Assembly: GCA_017499595.2 (NCBI GenBank)
Contig: CM039003.1
Coordinates: 930,001-994,000 of the forward strand
Length of the DNA stretch: 64,000 bases
Reading direction: 5' to 3'
Source of the DNA: Psilocybe cubensis
Lineage: Eukaryota
Below are positions 37,915 to 49,613 of the stretch, in pieces; the stretch's first letter is position 1; each line of letters begins with the position of its first letter. The translations under genes were made by a program, and so were the position numbers. The notes beneath the pieces were generated by a model that did not search any database, was not told the origin of the DNA, and saw only the letters and a list, made by a program, of their open reading frames with translations.

Positions 37915-38714
37915 TAATGTGGGTGGTAGGACAAGAGGAACAACTTGAAATTTGAAGACGCTACTGGAAATGTATATACATTCACACATTGATGAGTAAT
38001 ATCCTATCTTAATGGTCCATTTTACATCAACAGATGTCAAATTGAATTAGGCTAATATACATTGTACCCAGATACAAAGAGTAATTATCATCTAGAAATA
38101 TAAATCCTATGTAGAATGGCAAAACAAGGCTTGACATCGAGCAATGCAATGATTGATTAAGTCAGTTTGACATTTCTAAGTCCAATTCCCACAGCTCCCA
38201 CGGCCTTGTGACCGTCGGAGTTTTAACAAATGACTGATAAAATGACTACCAATTCTCATTTGTTTAGGCTGTTTATGGCTTTACTAACAATTTCTCCAAT
38301 ATATAAATGATTAATACAATACATATATCACTTTTTCAAAGGTGCACAGTACCTTGGGCAGTTTGTGCGCCGTTTTCAGTCACATCAGGGTACGAGGTAG
38401 GGGTGTCACATTTATGTGACCCGCGAGTCACAAAGGTCAACTTTTGACAATGTTTGCAGTCTGCACACCGGGGCATAAGCTGCTAAGGTATGAAAGGTGC
38501 ATGGTTCAATAGTGTATGGTACTTGGTATGATTTTGTGTAAAAAATCAATGTCACAGCCAAATGATTATAAAGTAATATCTACCTGTATGATTAAACAAA
38601 GTTATCTTGGCGTGGTATACTGGTATTTAACAAACCTAGCACTAATGGCTCTGTTATGTACACGTGTATTCTTTCTTCGCAACACATCTCTTGATTCACT
38701 TTGTGCATGCTCCA

Positions 38715-41700
38715 ATGAGCAGAACTCCTTCTCCAGTAATAGTCTATGCACCATTGCCGGAATCTCCCACACAGATAGACTATACTCCATTGCCAGACAT
38801 CCAGGGCTACGATATTAGCACTCCCCAGTGCAAAAGGAGAGTTGCTAAAGGAGCACGTCAAGGCAACACCAAAAAAAAAAGGCATGGCAATTTGAGCAAT
38901 GCTTCAATTGAGGATCTCTTGGATGACAATGAGCCATCTGATATGGCTATGATGGATGTTGAGCAAGGACCTGGTGAATCTGAAGCCAACATGAATGATG
39001 ATTCCGAGGATTTTCTGCAATTTGCTGAGGCAGTAGTGGCAGAAGAATGCCCTATCTTTCAGTTAACCGAGCGGATGTTTGTTGTGAGTGGCTGGAATGC
39101 AGCCAAAAGAGAGTCAAATGTGAGTATTATGTGAATATATTTGAAGAACTGGCTGACATCATTGTATTCAGAAATTCTGGTACCACGCTATGCGGGATAA
39201 TACCCAGGACACAGTTTCAGTTGTTTGTCTGTGTCCACTTAACCGGTTGCAAGCATGTTATCATGTGAGGTACCTGACCGAAGAACTTCCGCACAATGCG
39301 ACAGTAAACGAAGTATCTCTATCTGGTACGTGTGGCAGTGACCTTCATAGATTTGTAGTAAACTAATAATTGTGTATTTCAGCCTATCAAGAGGCACGAG
39401 CATTTCTTTTCTACAGAAACGAAGGTGTCATGGATAACTTTTATACCAATATTTTTTCAATCCCAACTTCCACACGATTTCCAACCATTAAGAATCGTAG
39501 CATTGTTGAGCATTATGGAGACGACTCTGGTAATGGGACATGGAAATGTAGCAGGGATCAAGGCGCAACATCATGCTCCCACATTGTACAAGCCCGTCAC
39601 GCACTGCAGAAGTATATTCATGGAGACTGGAATGCACAAGATGAAACCATTGATAGTAGTGTAGCTACAGATGGTGTTCAATTTGGTGGTACGCTTGTAT
39701 TTGAATGGTTCAAGTCCAGAGTATTTCTAACTAATGAAGTAGGAGTTCCATTACGACAGGTTTCTGGAGTTGCTGAATCAATTTCGTATAAGCGAATTCC
39801 ACCTCCCTGTTGGTCCCAAATTGGGGCAGACCCTCCTGCACCACCCAGAGTTATTTTCAACTCACCGCCATCATCTATTTCTCTAGGTGACAATGGCACA
39901 TGTATCTGCTCCAACCCTAGGGAATGTTTTGACCCATTTAGGCCGTCAATCGACAAAGAGTGTACTGTTTATACACTTACCGGTGCTTCTAAGGCAGTAA
40001 TCTCACTGCAACAATGTCTAAAATGCTCACACCGTTTTATTGGGCCAGAATGCAGTGATCTGGGTTTATTCAATTTCAATAACACCAGCCTCTTTGCCCA
40101 TGATCTGTTGGACGACTACACAAGTGCATTTTCCACCTCGGAAACTCCATTTATATCCTGGGTTAACACTGTGTCACGGCGCTATCAACTTCGTGGGTCT
40201 GACGTCCCCTTTGCAAGCGACAAGCTCTTTCGTGCTGCTTGGTTCTCCTATTCACGGCTATTGCTATTAGAAAATGACATGACCTGTTTAGAATGTGGCC
40301 CAAATCCCAAGGCAACAATATGGGATGGAGTAACTGTAGCATTCAGTCGTCAAATGCTTCTACCTTCGCTTCATCCACCAACGTTAACAGGTCCCTCTTC
40401 AATTGAGAGGCCAGAGGTTCATCCCACATCTAATCTGCACGCTATTCCAAACCGAAATATTCGTATACTTATCCGATTCATTCTCAAGGGCCCACCACTC
40501 ACTACACTGTCAACCGAAGCAGAGGTCACAGAGGCTAGTCCACATTTTGAGAGAAACAAGAAAATTGTAGAACGCCTATCAAAAGTCTCGGAACTAGTCA
40601 ACAAGCTTTCCAATATTAACACACATCTAGGTAATCTGTTTAATAGTCAGTTTGGACTCTCCGCTGTTTTCAGAAAGCAATCCATCCCTGAAGTTTACAT
40701 TAAATTCTTTCTCCAGGTATTTTTTTTTTATTCTGCATAATTTTCACACCAGTACTCATGTCCTACAGGTCGCTGCGGATGAGTCAATCCTACAAGCCTT
40801 ACCATATCCTTCAATCTTGAGCCTGAGGCGATTTCTACGAGATCCTAGTGCACAGCATATTACCTGGTTGCGATATACACCTTTCATTCAACGTGTCATC
40901 CAACATGAAGTGCGCTTCGGGAATATTTCAGCAGATACCTTAGCAGTATGTGAGTGGCTCTACGTGCGGGCTATGGCTGTGTTTAGCATCATCAAAGTGC
41001 ATGATGGACCGGCCAAAAATGATGACACTGTCAATTCAAATATTGAGCAGGAAGATTGGCTTAAGGTACGTATATAGTACTCAATCATATCTTCATGTGG
41101 TGTGGTATACTTATGCCATAATAGACAGGCTGCCACTATGCAATGGCACAGATCCGTGAACGGCCAAAATATCCCAACCTCCCATATGAAGCCGGAAATG
41201 ATCTTGTTGGCGCCAATGAAGATGAGGACACTTGTCATAAGTACTATTCAACATATTCCAAGAAGCGCCTCACCGGTGGAATCATGTGTGTCTGGTGCAC
41301 ACACAGTGTTTGCTACGGTTTCCATTGCATCCGCGCAGCCGAAGGCCGCAATGATGTATTTTCAGCAATATACACACGGTGGAAACAGGCTCCGGAGGTC
41401 ATCGTCTACGATTTTGCTTGCGCACTTCAACCCTACTGCATGTCACGCGAGCCAGACTTCTTCAAAAACACGCGTTTTGTGATCGACATTTTTCATTCCA
41501 GTGAACACAAATGTGGGGAGGCCTGTTTCTTGGCCACATACTGCCAGGAAAACCCAGACCTTCTACGATTGAACTCAAGTGCAGCGGAATGTGGCAACAG
41601 TGGTATTTCCAAGATCAGGAAAGGGGTTAGTTACATGACTCAAGACCGTGCTGTCATGTATATGAAGGTTTTTTTTTCATTATGGAATCGACAGCAGATC

Positions 41701-41733
41701 AGAAAAATGGAAAGGACTGGGATTAGGAACTAA
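38715..41733 (+). CDS. KDZ-type transposase (SWIM-like fingers, CxC cysteine cluster, DDE core; HMGXB3/CxC4-like)
   Basis: CLCPLNRLQACYH and CSRDQGATSCSH fingers; CLKC..FIGPECSDLGLFNFNN cluster; CLECGPNPKATIWDGVT (D1); LTGGIMCVWCTHSVCYGFH; EGRNDVF; VIVYDFAC (D2); IDIFHSSEHKC (DxxH); NSSAAECGNS (E). No stop seen in the exons. Confidence 0.85.
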
Positions 41734-44700
41734 TGTACTGTCTTTACATATTTAAATGTGCATGGAAATTTGTACATGAGTCGTAATTTCTCATTTGTAG
41801 GCGTCAATTTATGATCAACAAGGATATTCCACTGGCATTGGTTAAAACCTGTAATTACTGACCCCAAGGATGTAGATTGTACAGTGTTTACCAAAGTGTT
41901 GATTTGGCCTCGAGAGATGAAGATCTGTGCCAATTTCTCACATGCATACCGGGCAATCCAGCATTCAAAGTATGAGCATTCAAAACACATCTGTAAATAC
42001 GAATTCTTAGTTATTTGAAACGGTGCTGCAGATATAGACTCACAGTATGTAGATTGTGGTACATTCTCATAGTGTGAATTTAGCATTCAGAGATGAAGAT
42101 CCGTGCAAAATTTTTGCGCACAGATACAATCCAGTTTGCAAGGTACGAGTATCCAAATCACATCTGCAAATCCAAACTGTGTGCTATTCAACACATCTGC
42201 GGCTCTAAATGCAATATACATGCCAGGATGTCAATTCAAAGAGTCTCACAGGGTTGGCATTGCTGTAGTTGGAACGCTCAAAATACATTTGGTGATGTCG
42301 ATTATAATTGCTGGACAATCAACATTAATTAAACACATTCTGAGACGCTGGCCGCTCAGAGAGGAGATTTCTATGCAGGGGAGCCATTTAGCCCACATGT
42401 TGGGTAGCGATTACTATGGGATGTCGGGTACATTATATCTACTTTTACATATAGTCGTTAACCCGCAATGTGTGCGTTTGAGCGTAAGTGACATCTTTGG
42501 TTCAAAATCCACATGTAACACGGTCCTTATTCATATGACTAGCCACGGCTCAAATGCTTGCTGGGCTGAGCGTTCTCGCTATGTGCCTGTGCACAGGTAA
42601 GAGTTCCGAATCTGCTTTGCCTACCGCGAGATCAGTCCGCCAATATCACCCATCTTGACAGGGTATGTTATCCCAGAAGAGTCCATGATCTGGGCACTCC
42701 GCTGGATGACTTTCATCAACGTACGTTTATCCTTTATATATCCATGCCCTACCAATTCCAAACCCTCATAACAACAATTTATTGCAGCCTTTCAAATACG
42801 GCTTCGAAAGCCTCATGGCGAACGAGTTCAAAGACCTCAACGGGACGTGCGCCAGCATCATCCCTCACGGACCCACATACACGAATATAAGCATTGCGAA
42901 CCAGGTCTGCGCCGTTGTCGGCGCTATACCCGGTGAGACGCACGTCCAAGGGGCACGGTTTATCAAGCTGTCACTTGGGTATACTTACAGCCATCTATGG
43001 AGGGTGAGTCGATGTTGTCCCGTGAACTTGTTTTATGTATGTTCCTTTGGTTGACTTGTGGTTGTCGTATAGAACTTTGGGATAGTCATTGCATTTGGCC
43101 TGGCGTTCCTTGCCGCCCTTTTCATTTTCACCGAAATCAATACCAAATTCACTGGAGTAGCGACGATGATTTTATACAAACAAGGCGGAAATTCAGAGGA
43201 TGAGTCCAAACAACATGATTCCGATAGTGTCGAGATGATGATCATCGAAGACAAGGTATCAAAAGGCATAAAAGACAATGTGGTATCATCTGTATCTGGG
43301 TCAAGTATCGCTGAAGAGTATAGAAAGGACACCAGAGAATCCAGCGATGGGATATTCTCTTTCACTGGTGTGTCGTATACTATCCAAGCCGATGGAAAGG
43401 ATCGCAAGCTCCTGCAAGATATTTCTGGATACATCTCGCCAGGCTCTCTTACAGCGTTGATGGGAGAATCAGGTGCTGGGAAGGTGAGTCTTCCGATCGG
43501 CTTGAACTCGCACTGAATAAATATATTAAACGACGTTCTAGACTACTTTGTTGAATGTCCTTGCCAATAGGGTGGATGTCGGCGTCGTATCCGGTGATCG
43601 ATTCATAGGCAGGGAAAGCTTTACCAGAGGATTTTCAATCACAGACGTGAGTGTTCTAACCCAGCATGCAATGATATCACTTGACCGATTGCTAACTTAT
43701 CGTGGCTAGCGGTTACTGTCAACAAATCGACACACATTTACCGACGTCTACCGTTCGCGAAGCTTTGCTTTTCTCTGCCAGGCTGCGTCAACCATCTAGT
43801 GTATCAGATAGAGAGAAAGCGGAATAGTAAGTCGTGATTCAGGCATAGCTAGTTGGATTATATGCTTATAAATACAGTGTCGACAAATGTCTTCACATGT
43901 GTGGTTTATGGAATTACAGGGACGCCATTGTTGGAACTCTCGGTGTCGAGCTTCGGAAGCGAACCACAGTCGGGGTCGAGTTAGCTGCCAAGGTGCGTGG
44001 AACACCTGGCCAAAAATGGATTTCGATTTTTCATCGAATAAAACTTTCGTTAGCCTAAGTTCCTTTTATTCCTGGACGAACCTACGTCGGGTTTGGATTC
44101 TCAAACTGCATGGAGCATTGTCACGTTTCTACGGAGTTTGGCTGATCAAGGCCAGGCAATTCTGTGCACGATTCATCAGGTGAGGATCCCAGTCTTCAAA
44201 TTTTCTTTCGCATTCTGACCTATAGCACTAGCCTTCCGCTGAGCTTTTCCACGTAAGATTTCTGCATTCCCTGCATCCAATATCCTAACCAAATTGACAA
44301 TTCCAGGTCTTTGACAAATTACTCTTGCTCAAGAAAGGAGGACAGACTGTGTACTTCGGCGATCTCGGACATAATGCTACCACTCTCCTAGCTTATTTTG
44401 AGCAAAATGGTGCACGTCCTTGTGGAACTGATGAAAACCCGTAAGTTCTCATTTCATCTGGAGACTTATGCAGGTGAATTGAAAGCATGTTTTAGCGCCG
44501 AATATATGCTTGATGTTATTGGTGCTGGCGCTACTGCCTCAAGCGACATCGACTGGTATGACGTATGGAAAAAGTCCATCGAGAAACAGGCACTCGACCA
44601 GAAACTCCAACGCATACACTCCGAGGGAATTCGTGCACCCATAAACACAACAACTCTAGTGTCCGAATATCCAACGTCCTGGTCAAACCAGTTCTTTGAA

Positions 44701-46189
44701 CTGTTCAAGCGAGGCGCCTCTGATCATTATCGCAATGTGGAATACCTCATGGCCAAAATATCTCTCAACATAATTGCTGGGTTGTTTCTAGGGTTCACCT
44801 TCTTCAAAAAGCAGAGCAGCATACAGGGAACACAGAACAGGATCTTCGTACGTTCTAATCAGGCATCCAGTTTTACTGTATACTGACGTTGTCACGTTCA
44901 GGCGCTACATATGGCATTAATTATTGGGTACGTCGCTTTGGACGGTACTCTACCACGCTGACTCACTCGTTCTTAGCATACCATTGTCGAATCAGATTCA
45001 GGTACCTTACATCGCAACTCGCCAGGTCTATGAAATCAGAGAACGTCCCAGCAGAATGTACAGCTGGACAGCTCTCCTGACATCCCAAATCATCGTGGAG
45101 ATGCTCTAGAACTTCCTAGGCTCCTCACTGTTCTTCTTCGTCTGGTACTGGACCTCTCATTTCCCAACGCATGGGGCGGGGTACGGCTACCTCGCCATGG
45201 GAATCGTGTTTCCGGCGTACTACACAACCATTGCACAGAGCATTGCGAGCATGGCACCGAATGTCGAAATCGCCCAGCTTCTGTTTGGGTTCCTGTTTTC
45301 CTTTGTTTTGGCATAGTAAGCTGGTCGTCTCAAACAGGGATTTAAAAATTTGTTAACCATTGTATTCGCAGCAATGGTGTTATACAACCATACTCCCATC
45401 TTGGGTGGTGGAAATGGATGTAAGCGGTATTTTCTTATCAGTCGGCAGGCGGTTCTGAATCAAAGTTCTTTTTAAAGGTACAGGCTTTCTCCGTACAAAT
45501 ATATCCTAGAAGGTTTAGCTGGCCAAGGTATACTAGTCAAGCCAATATGAGGCCTATTAGCGCATACTCACCCAATACACTAGGTATAGGTCACCAAGAA
45601 GTCGCATGCTCGCCCATCGAGTTTGTCTCCCTTAATCCACCAGCCAACCAAACGTGCTCCCAATACCTATCCGACTTTATAACTTCCTCAGGCGGCTACC
45701 TCCAAAATCCAGACGCCCTAGAAAACTGTAGCTTCTGCCCCTTGAAAACAACCGATGAATTTCTCGGCCCTACTCTCAACATCTTTTACGACAATAGGTG
45801 GCAAAATATTGGCATCATGATTGCATTCATCATCTTCAATGTACGTCATTCCAGTCTCCTTACAGAAGCAGATATTGATGCGCGGACGTGTACAGATATT
45901 CACTATCTTTTTGTTCACGTACTTGTTCCGCATTCATAAAGGCAGCCTTTTGCCATGGTCGCGGAAGAACAATTAATCTATTGTAATGACCTTTCATCCC
46001 TCCGTATATCGCGGAATACTACCACTTAGTCTTCGTACAACAACGACATATAATTAATTCGTCTATCTTATACTACTCGTGACTCCACCTCTAAATAGAT
46101 GGTTTCCTTGATATTATATTATAAAGTTGATCGAGTCAGGGCCTTCTTCACTTTTGTTTGTGAGATCACGATCTTCAACGACTTCCAAC

Positions 46190-48103
46190 ATGCCCTCGGA
46201 CAGCAACCCCATTCCCGAGGCCTTGAAAGCAATATGGATATCCAATGGCCTCCCAGAACACTTTCTTAATCATCTTAAGCTCAAAGGCGACGCAGACACC
46301 GCCGTGCCCTCATCCTTTCGACTAGGATTAGCAGCGCAGGTATTCCTCCACCTTCCAATCGATTAATGCGAGGGATCTAACGTCCCAAACTCACCACCTT
46401 TCACAGATATCAATAGGGTTAGCAGGACTCTCTGCAGCATACGTGCACTACCTGCGCACAGGCGTCGAGCAAGACGTCACCGTCGACGCTCGACACGCCG
46501 TCCTCTCATTTCGTGAGTCTATTTGTGTTCACCGGCTTCTTTAAACGCCGGTGCCGGCCCCTGAGCTCCGGTTACTTATATTACCAAATTTGAAGACAGC
46601 GAAGCGTGGTACACGATAAACGACGCGCTACCCCCTGGTGATTTATGGGACAACATCGCGGGACTGTATGAAACAAAAGACAACGGATGGGTCAGAATAC
46701 ACACCAACTTTCCACAGCAAGTTGACATGCTATACAATGCCTTTCCAATAACCGAGATCTGACATTTTATTCAGCCATCGAGCAGGGGTCCTGGATATCC
46801 TCAAAATCTCCGATTCTCCTACACTTGCAACCAGAGACGAAGTTGCTGCTGCTATTAGACAGTGGGATGGACAAAGCTTTGAAGACGAGTGTGCAAAGAG
46901 CGGCATGTGCGTGTTCAAGTTGCGAAAGCTAGAAGAGTGGAAAAACTCTCCACATGGCAAGGCGCTGGATGCGTCCCCTGTACCCGTTGTTCAGATTTAC
47001 AAGATAGGGGAGGCAAAGAAAAAAATCATCAGTGGTGGAGAATCGCCTCTTGACGGAATCAGAGTTCTTGACCTGAGTCGAGTGCTGGCGGGCCCTGTCG
47101 CTGGAAGAAACCTTGCAGGTAGATATATACGAGAGATTTCTGTTCGATTCATAGCTGACGCCCGAGTATCAGCGCAAGGTGCACAAGTTCTGCTCATTAC
47201 ATCTCCGAAATTGCCATCATTGCCTTACCTAGACACCGAAACGTCACTCGGAAAGAGGACGACGCAGTTGGATTTGTCTCCAACTTCCACCACAGACGTC
47301 GAGAAAATGAACAAACTTGTTCGTGGGACTGATGTTTTTCTACAGGCATACCGACCGGGTGGGTTAGAAGGGAAAGGATTTGGGGTTGATGATGTTCTTA
47401 AGCTGAAAACCGAGCATGGAGAGGAGGGTGTCGTATTTGCGAGCCTGAGAGCCTGGGGGTGGGATGGACCGTGGGCTCATCGTCGTGGGGTGAGTGTCTG
47501 CTTATTCGGAGGTCCATCAGACGAGGATAAATTGTCCTACAGTTCGATTCGCTAGTGCAAACCGCAGCTGGATTCAACGCGGATGAAGGCGAGGCATACA
47601 GATTATATATGGCTTCCCAAGGCAAACCAAGCGAATGGCGTCCGAGACCTTTGCCAATGCAAGCAATAGACCATGCTGCGGGGTACTTTCTGGCTTTCGG
47701 AATAAATGTCGCTTTAGCTAGGATGATTCTCGTAAGCCTTTTCACGAAAAGTTTCCGGCATCACTTGACATAACAATTCTTCCGCCTTCAGGAAGGAGGG
47801 TCCCACGAAGTACGCGTTTCTCTGGTAGGCGTCGGAAGGTGGATTCGCTCTCTAGGCAGGCTCGACCCTAGTATTGCTTTTGGAGAGAACGCACGCAAAT
47901 TTCCAGAACGTGCATGGCCACTGGACGAGGAGATACAAAGGCTGAGTATCGATTGGTCAGAGCGACAAGGGGGCAAAGGAAGAAAGATGACAGCTTTGAA
48001 GCAAGCAGCGGTTTTCAGCACCACCCAGGCTAAGGAGGGAAGGGGGACGAATTGGGGAGCACCAATGAGATTGAACGCGGATGAGGCTGAGTGGGTACTG
48101 TAA
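46190..48103 (+). CDS. CoA-transferase family III (CaiB/BaiF) protein
   Basis: PSSFRLGLAAQ, HTNFPHHR, LDGIRVLDLSRVLAGPVAGR, DTETSLGKRTTQLDL, DVFLQAYRPGGL, RRGFDSLVQTAAG, PLPMQAIDHAAGY. Confidence 0.9.
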
Positions 48104-48424
48104 AATTGTGCATACAACTAGAGGATTGCAAGTTAGACGTGCTGGATCGACGACTGCCAGACACTCAGAATATAAACTTTGAACTCCGCTCGGCTGTGAC
48201 CGCTCCAATGTGATTGAACGCGATCTACCCCTTTGATTGCTGAACACGAACACCCAACCAATAATCACTAATTCATACTATCCATATTGATCAGTTTCTG
48301 AACTAAAAACCCCTCGAAATATATCTGAACGTGAATCGTACTTGTAAAAGGTCTGCCTCTGCTATTTTCACCATGTGGCGCGATGGAGTACAAACGTCTT
48401 ATCGAGCGCTGACAGCAGACTGAT

Positions 48425-48930
48425 ATGGCCAGCTCCAATCAAAACCCTCAGTCACCCGAACCAAATGCGTCTATAGTGAAGGGCTATAGAATCCAACGTT
48501 GCTCTGGAGAAAGTGGAGGTATTCCTGTCTCGACGCCACTCTCCGCACACGAAGCCACCCATGCGACGCGTTCGCAATCCTATTCGCTAACTCTCAACGA
48601 GACTGGAACAGCGCGTAATGTAGCGCAAGTTAAAACCCTGGGAGAGGCTATACATGCTATAGATGGAGTGCAAAAGGGTTCGCACCTTCTGTCTACCTGA
48701 ACTCCTTATATATTCTAAGAGACCCAACAGCGTTGCGTAAAACCTATCTGCAGGTTGGGAGGCCACATGGTGACATAAATCCAAATGTCATGCTCCTGAA
48801 CAAGCATGGGGAGGGTGTGCTCGTCGACTGGGATAACAACTATCTCGTATTTAGTATGATGCGAACACTCGTAAGGCTTTCTTTTGTATCTTCGTATTAA
48901 CAACAACTTATCTGCGCTGCCAATAGTTGA
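48425..48930 (+). CDS. Short fungal protein kinase (FunK1)-like gene or fragment; 3' end uncertain
   Basis: Second exon reads ALRKTYLQVGRPHGDINPNVMLLNKHGEGVLVDWDNN, resembling the FunK1 HRDIS...G.LIDWD segment. Paralogous to 60620-61091. Confidence 0.55.
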
Positions 48931-49613
48931 GAGAGAGATATTACGGCCAGAAGAAAAGCTCTAGCTCTTATTTTTTCCCTGTCTCAATCTTTGCTAGTAG
49001 GTAACGATGGTGGGACACGGAAGGAATGTTGTTGATGATGTATTTGTTGTGACTGACTGTACGATAAAGTACTCATAAATACCGCTAAACACAGTGATCG
49101 TTAGGGATGAACCTGAATTAATTAACATTGAAAACGTCATACATTCGGCTCGAATATGTCTTTTCAATCCTGTCAGAGTTTTGGTGTAGCTATCTACAGC
49201 AACCCCTATTCGCCTCCAGCAGGCGGAATATGCCGATGATTGGCATCGTGCTTTGAGACAAACAACCTCCTATGATGAAGTGGGGCATCTTCAGAATCAT
49301 TGTTTGTTCACCTCTGTCACTCTGATCTCCGTGTTCGGGACTCCTAGGCCGCCCTGTTTCTACCCGGAAGCCTGGAAAGCCAAGGTCAACTTACTTGGAT
49401 GGGTTCTTTGTGAAGCCCCAGAGTCTAAGAGAGACATTCAACAACAACAACGCTTGCACGCATAGGCTGCAAAGCATTTCCGAGACACCTCCCCCATTTA
49501 TTCGTGTAACCCCGTCTATCTAATTTCCTCTTGTTCGTCTTGCCTGCTAGTTTTACGATATTACGACCTTACGACCTTACGACTTTACGAACAACAACGA
49601 ATTAAATTTCACT

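Larger units (their letters stand above)
26088..42464 (+). mobile_element. KDZ (Kyakuja-Dileera-Zisupton) type DNA transposon, 16,377 bp, with cargo genes
   Basis: Perfect 8-bp direct repeat GCAATGTG at 26080-26087 and 42465-42472; imperfect ~80-bp terminal inverted similarity; transposase gene at 38715-41733; host exon interrupted mid-codon. Confidence 0.9.
23885..45976 (+). pseudogene. Second PDR/ABCG transporter, split by a 16.4-kb transposon (5' part 23885-26087, 3' part 42473-45976), with further lesions
   Basis: Colinear with the paralogue at 11186-16755. Removing the insert and one TSD copy restores [20 protein letters not shown]. There is a +1 frameshift near 43607-43612 and a TAG stop at 45107-45109 where the paralogue has Trp. 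Confidence 0.9.

Noticed and set aside
28740-38040. TET/JBP dioxygenase cargo expected for fungal KDZ elements
   Set aside because: No HxD...H...R dioxygenase motif seen in any translated segment.
26088-42464. Starship or LTR retrotransposon identity for the large insertion
   Set aside because: No tyrosine-recombinase captain gene, LTRs, gag or reverse transcriptase; the encoded enzyme has KDZ-type DDE motifs.
49201-49230. AACCCCTATTCGCC as a fifth copy of the intronic RNA
   Set aside because: No complementary GTACGAGGGGG-type arm or bracketing splice signals found; probably chance.
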